Source: Trichoplax sp. H2 (Eukaryota). From it: 64,000 nucleotides of DNA. The notes beneath the pieces were generated by a model. The model was not told the origin of the DNA and ran no database searches. It saw only the letters and a program-made list of their open reading frames with translations. The stretch lies in NCBI GenBank assembly GCA_003344405.1, contig NOWV01000016.1, positions 1-64,000 on the forward strand. The letters run 5' to 3'. A program made the position numbers and the translations under genes. The number at the start of each line of letters is the position of its first letter. Positions within the stretch are counted from its first letter, which is position 1. Positions 1 through 21,230 of this stretch are shown one piece after another.

Positions 1-260
1 ACCGGGTCTTAAACACCATCTTCACTAGTACTCGTGTTCCTAACTAAGTTAGGGACCTATCGTAGTTGAACTAACTCTCAGCTACACAAATAAGCTACTA
101 ATGAGTAATAGGTTTAAATACTTTACTTTATTTTCGTTAATCTTAGTCGTAAAATGTACTAAAGAAAAACGTAAGAATATTCTTAGCAATAATAGTCAAA
201 AGATCCTGCAAGTGACTAACTGGAACTGAGCAGCTAAGCTAGTGCTCGGCTTTTTATAGT
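1..260 (-). promoter_or_regulatory. Probable 5' end of a minus-strand gene running off the left edge (TATA box, possible 5'UTR intron, candidate ATG at 19)
   Basis: Minus strand reads CTATAAAAAG at 250-259; a GTAAAG donor near 127 and ATAG acceptor near 57; then GAAGATGGTGTTTAAGACCCGG (M-V-F-K-T-R). Too short to identify the product. Confidence 0.3.
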
Positions 261-3200
261 CTCGACCAACGCCGATGGTGCACTTGTGAATATTCTTGAT
301 ATAGCGACTTACACTGTACAGTATACATATCCTAGTAAAGCAGTTAGAGCCTCAAGGCTCTGCAAAGTAATTGCACCTTACACTTAAGGTGTTATTAATT
401 AACGTTTACTGACTAATTCACATCGAGTTTAGATCGTTTATAAATTTTATGATTCATTTTGGAAATGACTTAGAAGATTACATCATTGATTTTATAATGA
501 AGTTTTCCTCTGTCATACGCATATCTATTAAATAAGCAAAGCATAGGCTCTTCCTGATACTTTTTTAAACGAAGTAGTAGTATCTATCAATAACAATTAA
601 ATAATTGACCTCTCAACATTAACTAAATTCGATTTCTGCTATTTTAGAATCATTCTCTTCCCTACTACGATAAATGTTTACAGTTCATTTGAACTATATT
701 TAAATGAAACTTATAGTTTTATCATTAACTATAGTAATGCATTATAAATATCAGCCCATAATATGATGTTAGTGATTAATTATCAAGAGAAGTTAGTTAT
801 TAATTTCATTTAGCATTGTGCACCGGTAGACAACAGAATTATTCTCTAAATAGAAGGATAACAATCCATAATTAGAAATGGATGAAGGTGTGAAATTTCA
901 GGGTCTACTTCCATAGATACTGCAAAAGGGAGGAGTAGTGAAGAGGCTTTGACAAGGGTAAAAATTTTTGATAATATTGCATATACAGTCGATAATATCA
1001 TTCTTTCATTGTTGAATTAATAAGTTGGTCTTTGTCAAAAATTAGATATAAAATGCCTCCTAGGCTATCTCAGTTTAGATAGGGACTTACCTTAATCTGC
1101 TATGTGACGATTATCGCAAGTATTGGCTTTTGCTTGGCTTAAATACAATATCTAATTCATCCAGATTTATGTTGTTGAGTAATTCGATTTGGACATGTTT
1201 GGTAGTTCGTTTAATCATAAAATTGTTTTACCTGCAATGAAAGGTAAGATATCTGATAGTGGCTTGCCTTTTGTGCCGTTACTTTATATGCAGGTTTGAG
1301 ATATTTTTATTTCAGAGTTATGATAAATTTTTTTTATTTTAATCGATGACGCATTTATTGCTATTATCTGAGTCAAAAGGGACGATGATCTATCAATATT
1401 ATTCAATAATAACGTGCTTAAATTACAGTAATGTTGTTCAATATAGAATTGAGTCTTCCATTTATAACACTTTGGACAAATGGTATATAACTTTTTTTTG
1501 TTTTATACTATAAATTAAATATGAGTATCTTTGAAGGTAAAATTTACGATTCTATAGTATTAAGACATGCAATAGAAAGTTTTCATTTTATCATTACTTT
1601 AAAGTAAATAAAAATTTTATCCGTGTTGAGAAATCCGTAATAATTTACAAAGAAAATTTTCATCAATTGACTATCTTTCCAATAACTGTTTATCAGTTTT
1701 CTAGTTCGTAAATTAGCAAGTGAAGAGACTCTATTATTTCTTATCGCCGCTATATTAAGCCGCTAATAGAAAGAATTAAAAGTTGACGACCTCAAAGTAT
1801 GTAAGCAGGAGGAGTTTCTACATCAAGATCTACTATTGATCTCTAGTCAAGTCCTATTCTTGCAGCGATGTAACACCATTTTTAGAAATGTTTTATCATA
1901 TTGAATACACCGATTATTGAAGTATTTTACTGGTGATAGCTATTAGTGTTCTGCATCAAAGACTACTTTAGAAATGTTTGTTGATTGATGATACAATCTT
2001 AATTTTAATTCTGATAAGTGTTAATTATTTTAGTTGAAGGAGCAGGAGATATTCAACACATACATACACCGATACAAATACTTTTCTACTTTTCTTCTAT
2101 GACAGTGTTTACTGAACCTGATAGTTGATCAGATGTTTATTACTGGTTCTTTGTTCCGATAAGAATTCGGAATTATAGGTTTTAGCTTAGAATATTGCAC
2201 ATTATTTCAATTTACATTATCGCCAATATAATTGCTAACTATTATAACTGCGGGTTTCTATCATAAAATGTATGATCATTTACAGCATGCTCTAAGTTGA
2301 TCTTTTACAGTATTACTAGACCTAATATTTGAGCTACAGAGCTGGAAACACTACTACATCGATACTTTTAATGTTCAATACAACATCGAGTTTAAAATGG
2401 ACTACAGTTAACCTTAATATTGAGCACTAGAGTTTTTAATGTCTACCGAATACTATATCTAAGATGGACAACATCAGCGTATTATTTTATGCTAAAGTAA
2501 ACTGCTGCGATAGCCAAAATGAGATTTTATCCAAGTTCACGCTAATGTCTGGAAATAAATGAAGTAGAGTCGAGCCGAAGTATCATAATTATATATTTCG
2601 GTAGTGGATTAAAAAGTGAAATGATCGATCTACGACTACAGTATAGCCGACGAAGGAGAATTTGACATATTGTGCAGTATATCGTTTTAGTTTTGTCCAT
2701 TTGAAATACTAGTATTTCTAAAGTTGACGTAGTCTAGAGTTCTGCTTTGCAAGCTTGCTTTCATCCCTGATTAAAATAGGATGTAAAGCCCTGAGTCGAT
2801 TTCATTAAAAGTAGAGTGTAGTCCACCGTGATGTTTGCTTACAACTCTCCCCCATGGCTTATCTGATCACGGTTATGGTTGTTAATTTAGAGTATTTTGG
2901 ATATTTTCGAGCTCGGATACGTGATAATTTAACGTTTATAATAGTTACATATGGATAAAATTCTGCTTTTACAAGATCGAACATTATTTCTATCGTACAT
3001 CCTTTAATTTGGCGTGTAGTAAAATTATGATATAATTGATGATCTTCATTTGAGCTGGCTACATTTTAAGCGAGCTCGTATTTGAGATATTTTGAATGAG
3101 TTAGCGCGTTGTGATTCGTGCCTAACTGTCCACCTTATCGTCTACTTTTATCCTTTTTGGGATAATTAATTAAATCAAATCTATCTACATCTGCGAAGAT

Positions 3201-4309
3201 GTGTTTTATAAAGGGATGTGTATGTTTGTGTACTTGTTAGAGTACTGCAAAGCAGCTTGAATTCTAATATCTAGAGGAGTATATTCATTTTAAGTGCTAG
3301 ACTGTACGACTAGTGGATATGTAGTAACCTCATCGACCATGTTACTGTAACTAGCCTTACTTTACAGACGAATTTGTAAGACTGCCCCCGCACTTATACA
3401 CCAGTGGATTATACCACTACATTTCGATTTTCTGTACCTAGTGCTCTATTCTATATATTAAATTCGGTCAATGTAGTCGTATTTAGGAGATGTTCTTGAC
3501 CATCGTCTCAAGTATAAAGTGCTAAAATGATGTTATTTAAATTACTATCGGAAAAAGATGCTACTAATGATACGGCTTCACCTTTAAAATCGACGTGACT
3601 GTTGTTAAAAATGGACATTCTTTCTCAATCCTAACTATCAATGAATGAAATTGACGATATTGCTCCTGTATTCCCCCATTTTTGTGGCTCATGCAATATT
3701 TTTAGTCAGTCAAATTATACACATTGGCTTCAAAATGGAAGGAATTTTGTATGAATACAGTCAATCTGTATCTTGGACATTGTTGCGAATATCTTGAATC
3801 CATATTATTGTATTTTATAATAGCCACTGTTACAAATGAAATTTGTATCATTTGAGTGCACTTTGTTGAACTGGAATAACTATATCAATATTGTGCAACA
3901 TTTCAACATTGATTGGGGCATACTGTGGCTAACTTTAGGGATTGATCAGAATAACTATGCAGCACCCTTCCGTGCCTACCGTAGTATCCAGCTTCTCTCT
4001 GTCTAGACTGTAACGCTGTTGTAAGAGAAGATTCCTTCAACAATTTTGCATGGAGGTACGCCTATCTTGACGGGTAGGGTACTAACAGGCGAATGAAAAG
4101 TCCATTTTAGTTTCTAGAAAGTGATTTCCTAATGTATGGTGGTACCATACATTATAACTTCCTAAGCGGCAAAGTAAAAGTGTCAAGAATGTGTATCTAA
4201 ATCTACATTCTGAATGTGTGTGGATTGCAGTGTTGAGTCTATTGAGTTGTGACTTGGCAAGGCAAGATAGAGGTTCAAAATCAATCCAAGATCTGCAGAT
4301 CGGAAAAGC

Positions 4310-5120
4310 AAGTACGGTACTGTAGAGTATACAGTACTGTATACAGTACAGTAGGGTTAGGGTTAAGGTTACTGTGTACAGTACTGTATACAGTATAGCA
4401 GTTGCCATTCGTTTGCACAGTACAAACTACACAGTCCTTTTTTTGATACTGTAGAGCTACAGTACAGAGCTCGTTTTAGACACTTTTCAACTGGGAAATG
4501 TCACTAAAACCATACTGTAGACTACACCTAAACTAAAACCATACTGTTGACTACGCCTAGACTTTACCATACAGTACTGTAGACTGTAGACTACTGTACA
4601 GTACACCTTTGTTTTACAGTGTACAGTGTACAGTACAGTGGGTCAAACATTGTAAAACCCTGGGTGTCCTTTCGGGCCGCTGTACAGTACACTACACTGA
4701 CTACAGTACAGTAGAATAGCCATACTGTAGCTGTCTGTCTCTGCCATGGACCACAGTACTGCAATGCGAGTACTGTAAGCTTTTGCTTTACGTTGTACTG
4801 TACTGTACGTTTTGAGTCATCCAATACAGTCGAATGTCCGTTGTCCAGCAAACTTTTTCATTTTTGGCTATTAGCGTTGGACTTTGAAAGTTGCTCTTCT
4901 TTTCTTTCACAAGGACAGTGTATGGACTGTAGGGTACAATACTATTCACTGTCCAGTACAGTACACAATACTGTATGAGGTCAGCAGGAGATTGCTGACT
5001 TACGTACAGTACAGTACAGTACAGTACAGTACAGTACAGTACAGTGTCATGTAGTACAGTACTGTAGTATAATGAGGGACTTCACTAAAGTTTCCTTTTT
5101 AGTACTGTAGTTCCTGTACT
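4310..5120. repeat. Low-complexity TACAG/CTGTA-rich tract with a pure (ACAGT)8 microsatellite at 5006-5045
   Basis: Dense ACAGT/ACTGT pentamers throughout; they generate the spurious Y/T/V/C-rich ORFs at 4082-4978. Confidence 0.85.
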
Positions 5121-5541
5121 GTGTTCTACACAAACAACATCCAGTTCAAAACTATCACAACGCTCACTGTTGTATACAAATTCCTAATCGTACTAAGTAG
5201 AAAATGAGTACCTCAGCTATGGCACTACAACGCGTTCACGTGACCTCTGACTGAAAAGAAAAAAGACTTGACCAGTCCATAGCGACACCGCGCTCATTTA
5301 GGGACTTTTTCACTAAAGTCTACATACATCGTCGTTGCGGCAGACTTGGAACAAGACATTTTCAATTTTAGGTATCTGGCGTTTATCGTCTACATCCTTT
5401 CAATTTTGTTGGTAGTTTTAGTCAGGATAAGCATGCTGGCTGTTAGCAAAAGATTTAGTCATATAATGGCAAGAACTAAAGTAATATTTTTCCACTATCG
5501 CAGTACCCGATTGAAGAAGATCTGTTATCAATTCATCCATT

Positions 5542-9630
<4,089 letters not shown>

Positions 9631-10464
9631 TGACCGAGTACTTGTCCTATTTGTATTTTTATCGGAGTCCAGTATGATAGGACTGTTTATTACAATAGTA
9701 ATTTCCTGTAATTTACTTTACAGTGTAGCAGTCTTCATAATTTAATTTGTGATTTAGCACACTGTTTACTGTACTGGTAGTATCGAATTATCATCCCTAC
9801 GTATACTGTATTGTAGTATAATAAAAAGATCTTAATTAATTAATTATCAGCGTATATAGTTCTTCATTTAGGAAAGGAAATAAATTATTGCTGATACATG
9901 GAATTCGCTTAACAGTTAGTCATAGTCTATGATGCACTATCAATTCCTGCAACTAGATATCGTTTTCTTGTATATTAGCGACAATACAAGATAATTTGAG
10001 TTGTTTATATATAGTCCGCGTAACACATTACAAATATGTGGTACTATACTTCAGTTTTTATATAAGTACCCAAAATAAAGCCATTTGAACACTTGAAAAT
10101 AGTGATTGGCAATGGTATGAATTATGTTGAGTTCGTGGTGGTAATAATCATGCATGCAGATTGCTTCATAGGAAGAGTTAGTGCTGTATCCCATCAATAT
10201 TCGTATGCAATAGCACTTGTTTTACTCAAGACACGTTTACAAATTTATGTCTCATACAAATGCGATATTCACGTAGTATCCATGTCAGGATAATAACGGC
10301 TTTTAAAATAATGTGATGACTTATCAATTTTATTATAATAGTAACATTACACTTCCACTTGGGATACAGTAATACTTTCTCGATTCATTGGAAATATAAG
10401 ATCATTAAGTAGATTAAAACGGAAACTAGTAGTAATCCCTGATTAAATGAGACATAAACGCATG

Positions 10465-15009
<4,545 letters not shown>

Positions 15010-16534
15010 TGTGAGCAATTTACAGGTTAATCAAAATGCTCCTTCACTAATTGGCAACACCATTTACTCGAACTGACTCGATCGTTGCAAATGCTGCTCA
15101 TAGGAATACTCAGTATTCGCGGGCAGTGAGACTTTTAAAGAGCTCTTAGGATTTCGGAATTCAAATAGGGAACTCCAATTAACTACTCGGTGTCAATTAT
15201 TTGTTGTATTCGCCAAAAGAAGTTGACAAGACTATCAAGGAGAATGACCAACAATCGCTATCGGTTGCTAGGCGAATGATTGCAGAAGCTTGATTATAAA
15301 ATCCAAATCATTTATTATGACACGAAATCGCATACAAGAGGCTAATCATCGATAAATGAATGATCAGCTTGAGCTTATAACAATAATTAGTGTAGAAATC
15401 GAGACGAGCTAGCAGTTGGAACAGTCTAGTTGGTTTCTAATGTTGATAGAGCACAAATCGGTCGGGAAAATTACTGCTCCAAATGAGCGAATATTTCCAG
15501 TTGTCGTGTAGAAGAAGGTAGCAGCTCGTATCTGCTACCAAAACAGTATAGTGCTCCGGACTGATGTCCGCTATATAGCGTATTGTATTAAAGGGCTTGA
15601 TCATTTAACAACGTATGCAAATGATCTTTTTAAGGAAAGTACTATGCAGTACAGAGCGTGATCGGGCCATTTCATATACACACTCGTAAATTACTTATTA
15701 AGGTAGCAGTTTTGAGGTAAAACTATGGCAAATATAGGGCTGATTAATTATGGAATTAGAAGAGAATAAAAATCACCATGTATAGTATGTAACTGTACTA
15801 ATATCAATCTCTTCAGTGCAGTGTAAAGTAAAGCAAAAGATGCATGTCGACAGTGATATGCCACACTACTGGATGCATCAAGTGCAGCTGTTGTAGTACA
15901 AGTAGAATTTGTGCTCAGCGTTGGAGATGCTATCAAATACCTGCAAACCTAACCGTAGTCCTCAATTAAATACTGTTACAGCTGTTAACTACTACGGGGT
16001 TATCCAGGAGGATGGGTAGCGATATCAAGTTAAGAGCGTGGACAACAGCCAAGAGCAAAAGAGTAGAGCATGTACATACCAAAACATGACTAACGTAGAC
16101 CCTAGTAAATACGAGTCGATGCTGCAGTTAAGGGATACTTTGTATATGGTTAGAAGAATGATTTTCAAACTGTGCAACTAGTGCATCATTATTCTAAATG
16201 GCATATACACGCACTAGCTTAACGTGCAAACGATTCGCTGACAGATACTACATTTAACTTTTCAATTTCGTATATAATGATTGTATCGATTTACGTACTT
16301 TGACAGGTTCATATTCTACAGAGTACTGTAGCCTACTTTAAATGCAAATTAGTCAATACACCATAAATTATAGGTTACAGTTAGTGATTGATTGTAAAGA
16401 TTCATAAACGAAATGATGGAATTGCACAGTTACTAAAGTACTAGAGTTGAAACGCGATACCGTTCTTTATTTTCCAATTCAACATATACAGGTATAAAAT
16501 GTGTTTTACATAATTCACATTTTAATGACAATAT

Positions 16535-17283
16535 TTAAGCGCTCTTGATTTGCTTTCTGCGGGATTTTCTCTTTTTACCCAAGTTCTTTCCAGATTGACT
16601 ACGGAGAATGGCGCTAGTACGACGGATGGCGTCCTATATTATAGTAAGGCAAAAGATTACAACTGGTGAGATGCTAATGTTATTTGACGGCACAGAACGT
16701 ATAAAATTCAATGCAGTGGAAAAAGTAACTACGGTATCTAATTTTATATTATACTATGATTATAGAGAATATACATACAAGCAAACAATCAATAAATTGA
16801 CAAATTATTAAAGATATTCGTTTACCTGCTCTAAGTCCACTCTGTAAGATCCGCTTCTTAAAATCTTTCTAACGCTTGATATTGAGCGGCGTCCATTGCT
16901 ATCAATCGTTGTGGATGATTGCAGCCTAGCTGGCTTGTTAAAACCTTTTGATTTTCTTAATGATAGGACAACACCTTTACCATCCTTGTTGGGTGCAATG
17001 CCAACGGTTTTTTTATTCACGAGGCCGCTACATCTGTAAGTGTGCCTGTTCGTCAGGTTGTTTGATTCCTAAGATTGCATTATAAATCATTGAAGCATCA
17101 AATTAGTGTTTATGAGTGATAGGTAAGAGAACTCTTGATTAACGCTTACTATGACCCTAGAACTACATTGAGCATCGCAAATAGTCGCGCTTTGTAAGTT
17201 ACCTTAGTGAATGTAGTGCCTTGGTTCTTGACGGTAAAAGCGGTATGCTTGCGAAGAACTTCCCACAATAAATCTGACGACAT
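16535..17283 (-). CDS. RPL28: 60S ribosomal protein L28 (eL28)
   Basis: Exons 17283-17203, 17068-16826, 16633-16535 give MSSDLLWEVLRKHTAFTVK...ESNNLTNRHTYRCSGLVNKKTVGIAP...SYRVDLEQDAIRRTSAILRSQ, 140 aa. Confidence 0.95.
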
Positions 17284-17366
17284 GTTTACTGCAAGAATTT
17301 TGTGAGCTATTAGATAAGATTTATATTGTACTAAAATTAGTGGCCGCAAGTTTTCATCGAAATTGG

Positions 17367-17388
17367 TATATATATATATATATATATA
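17367..17388. repeat. (TA)n microsatellite in RPL28 intron 1
   Basis: Run of about 11 TA dinucleotides. Confidence 0.9.
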
Positions 17389-18370
17389 ATTGTAAACTCT
17401 TTACAAAGCACAATCATAGAATAGTAAATGGAAATTATTCGTAGTAGCCACATTCAAGTAAAGAAATTATAGTTGAAGAGCATACTACACATACGCTATA
17501 GCTATCACACGCAAGGATAAAATGTGAGTGCAAAATTGTTGAATCTGTAGCATAAGTAGTAGTAGGTAAGCCATCATTAAGAATTCTTTGCGGTAATAGT
17601 TGTACAATATTAATTGTGGCATGTTTTCAGCATTCGTATTTCAAAAATGATATCAGTTCTCGTTGATTGCATTTGAATTATAACGATTGAGACTGTCCGA
17701 TGCGATCAAGGGCATGATTGAAATGTATTCTACTACTAGTGAGACATCTTGGTACTATTACTAATAATTAATAGAATCAAGACTACACGCAGAATGCTTC
17801 CACAATAACAAAAAGTAATAAAATCACCATGTAGCATCCTATAACAGGCAATTACAAGCTTTAAAATTGGAGGCCAGTTTCCTAGACATAGCTTTAAGTT
17901 AATCAGTTTACGTGGTGGACTAGCATCATGCTGTCCATAGAATAAGTAACACTGTCAGGGGTAGGATACGGTAGTAGAATGCTGTTCAGGCGTAGTGCCT
18001 ATAAGCTACATTAGAATATAGTAAAAGTACCAAGTGCTATCGATTACTGACGAATGTTTCTTCGAAACTGATCATGATCTTGATTTTAGAATTATCCCAT
18101 CATTCTTTAATATTAATTACAAACGCTATACTATAAGAATCGATCGCAAAAGGCGTCTACTAGAGTACTCGTTGACCATTCTACCAAGTCGTATTGACAA
18201 TAATATCGTCAAGGCTTTTTAAAATGAATCCTTAGTATAAATTATAACTAGTCATCTCACCCTTTTCTACATTATAGGGTAGTCTATCATATAAGGAATC
18301 ATTATAAAGAGAGAATAGAAATAAAATGTCTTTTAATCTTGCGAATATTAGCTTACAACGACGAACTTAC

Positions 18371-18425
18371 CAGTTGATCAGAGTAATGGCGTAGCGACCA
18401 CGAGGCCAGAAAAAAAGAAGGATGC
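18371..18425 (-). promoter_or_regulatory. RPL28: RPL28 non-coding first exon starting with a TCT/5'TOP pyrimidine tract
   Basis: Minus strand CTTCTTTTTTTCTGGCC...CAACTG|GTAAGT; intron 18370-17289 ends CTTGCAG just before the ATG. Typical ribosomal-protein promoter architecture. Confidence 0.8.
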
Positions 18426-18578
18426 GAAAACTGCCCAATGCGCAAGTCACCAATTTAGCAGGAGTCGATGACGCTTAGGCGAGTGTGCGTATTGAGGTCG
18501 TGCGTTGTCTGTATCTTACCTACTGTACTACGCAGATTCGTGGTATAGTACAGTAGTAGGATGCATACACATACCAGC

Positions 18579-19938
18579 GATACAGTAGAGTAAAGTGACC
18601 AGAAAAAATTTCTGATCCTTGAATTTTCCACACACGGTATAATGCATAGTTAGCTAATGCATGACTATAGTAATAATAACTATTTAATTAATTATTAATA
18701 ACTACTGCACTTAGCTTCCACGAATATTTAATTAGTAGATCTGTAGATACAGTAGAGTAAAATGACCAGAAAAAAATTTCTGATCCTTGAATTTTCCACA
18801 CACGGAATGATGCATAGTTAGCTAATGCATAACTATAATAATAATAACTATTTAAATAATTATTAATAACAGCTACTGCACTTAGCTTTCACGAATTAAT
18901 TAGTAGATCTGTAGATACAGTAGAGTAAAATGACCAGAAAAAAATTTCTGATCCTTAAATTTTCCACACACGGAATGATGCATAGTTAGCTAATGCATGA
19001 CTATAGTAATAATAACTATTTAATTAATTATTAATAACTACTGCACTTAGCTTCCACGAATATTTAATTAGTAGATCTGTAGATACAGTAGAGTAAAATG
19101 ACCAGAAAAAAATTTCCGATCCTTAAATTTTCCACACACGGAATGATGCATAGTTAGCTAATGCATGACTATAATAATAATAACTATTTGAATAATTATT
19201 AATAATAACTACTACATTTAGCTTCCACGAATTAATTAGTAGATCTGTAGATACAGTAGAGTAAAATGACCAGAAAAAAATTCCTGATCCTTGAATTTTC
19301 CACACACGGAATGATGCATAGTTAGCTAATGCATGACTATAGTAATAATAACTATTTAAATAATTATTAATAACAACTACTGCACTTAACAACAACTGCA
19401 CTTAGCTTCCACGAATTAATTAGTAGATCTGTAGATACAGTAAAGTAAAATGACCAGAAAAAAATTTCTGATCCTTGAATTTTCCACACACGGAATGATG
19501 CATAGTTAGCTAATGCATAACTATAGTAATAATAACTATTTAAATAATTATTAATAACAACTACTACACTTAGCTTCCACGAATATTTAATTAGTAGATC
19601 TGTAGATACAGTAAAGTAAAATGACCAGAAAAAAATTTCTGATCCTTGAATTTTCCACACACGGAAGGATGCATAGTTAGCTAATGTATGACTATAATAA
19701 TAATAATAACTATTTAAATAATTATTAATAACAACTACTACACTTAGCTTCCACGAATTAATTAGTAGATCTGTAGATACAGTAGAGTAAAATGACCAGA
19801 AAAAAATTTCTGATCCTTGAATTTTCCATACACGGAATGATGCATAGTTAGCTAATGTATGACTATAATAATAATAACTATTTAAATAATTATTAATGAC
19901 AGCTACTGCACTTAGCTTCCACGAATTAATTAGTAGAC
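18579..19938. repeat. Tandem array A: 8 copies of a ~168-bp unit
   Basis: Unit starts (GATACAGTA...) at about 18579, 18746, 18914, 19082, 19250, 19434, 19605, 19776; copies nearly identical. Confidence 0.97.
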
Positions 19939-21230
19939 CTGGATAGTATGATGATCAAAGTAGAGTATGCGTAAAAGTCTGCAACTCAAAAATTCCAGTT
20001 TTTATCGCTATTCCTCGAATCGATTCTCCGCCTCGAACTACCCTGTGTCTACCCGCGTCCACCTATTTTAATTAAATAAGTTCTCAATTTCGTAATTTCA
20101 GCAACTCTTGACGTACAGTATGTGGCCCCAATGGGTGCTGCTCATCACCAAGACAACGCTTGAGCAGCAAAGTGGCGTTCAGAGGCTCAACACTGCAGTA
20201 AAATCTAAGTTGAAAGTTTGCATGATATTGAAGTCAGTTAAATGACGTCGTATTATCGCAAATTGCCTATTGCACATAGGCTATAAGTATTCTAATATAG
20301 TTAGAAGTCAGCCAGAGTTGGCATTAGATGTTACTATTTCAATCGGGTAATCGCCCCATTTTAGAACTGCTATCGAAAACAGCACCTAACTAGGCTTGGA
20401 GGATGACTAAGTAGAAGTATAGTTTCTCAGGAATTCCGTTGCATTTGTAATCTTAGTATGATGAGAAAAAAATCGAATTATGATTAGCATCCACTGAAGA
20501 TGGACTACGATCTTGCATGCGTACACAATTACACACTATTATGAAAGAGTGATTAAGTAGAGCAGCCCTTTAGAAATCTATTTCGTCTGCTAGTGGTGAT
20601 AGTACAAGCTAGTAACAAGAATTTTGGTAATCATCGTTATTAAAATTAGTTTATTATTATTATTTAACATATTATGTAAGGATATCTTCTATGTGCAATT
20701 TTATATTTTGCACTTGCTTTCCTCCTTCTTAAACTAACTAGTCAAGCAAAAGGTAATGTAACACTGTAAAGTTATACCGTCAATAAAAGATATTTCCTAA
20801 CAATTAGTTGCATATATTTTAAAGCTCCTTTTCAATTGTATCCATTGGTAAGGTAAGGAATTATCTTATTCAACGTTAAGATAAACTGCATCTATTCAAC
20901 AATGTAACTTACAGTGCCAACATTAAGTTATTAACAATTTATAATTCTATGATCAATTTCAAGGTATGGCAATTCATGAAGTATCTTAATATAAAATTGA
21001 AAAACTACACAAAACTCGAGTATTTTTAAAGAAATAAAACTTTAATGACGCCTTTTAAATTTCGTACTCTTTAAATGGTCGGATAGCTTGACTTGAAATG
21101 TGGATTTAAGTTACCAAAACCACGACTTCTTGTGGCTGTCAAGTAATGTAGTGGCGAATGTAAATAAACGTTTATATTAAATGTATTAAACTAAATACAG
21201 GTTAAAATACTGAAAATACATGGCTTGCAT

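Noticed and set aside
4082-4978. ORFs of 61-108 aa rich in Y/T/V/C/L
   Set aside because: By-products of the TACAG low-complexity tract; no recognisable protein.
15264-15276. RFX X-box-like GTTGCTAGGCGAA upstream of NDOR1
   Set aside because: Imperfect single match with no supporting context.
17289-18370. Possible intronic snoRNA in RPL28 intron 1
   Set aside because: No convincing box C/D pair with terminal stem or H/ACA architecture found by eye.
19123-19660. Two minus-strand ORFs with repeated peptides
   Set aside because: Translations of non-coding array A; frames break between copies.
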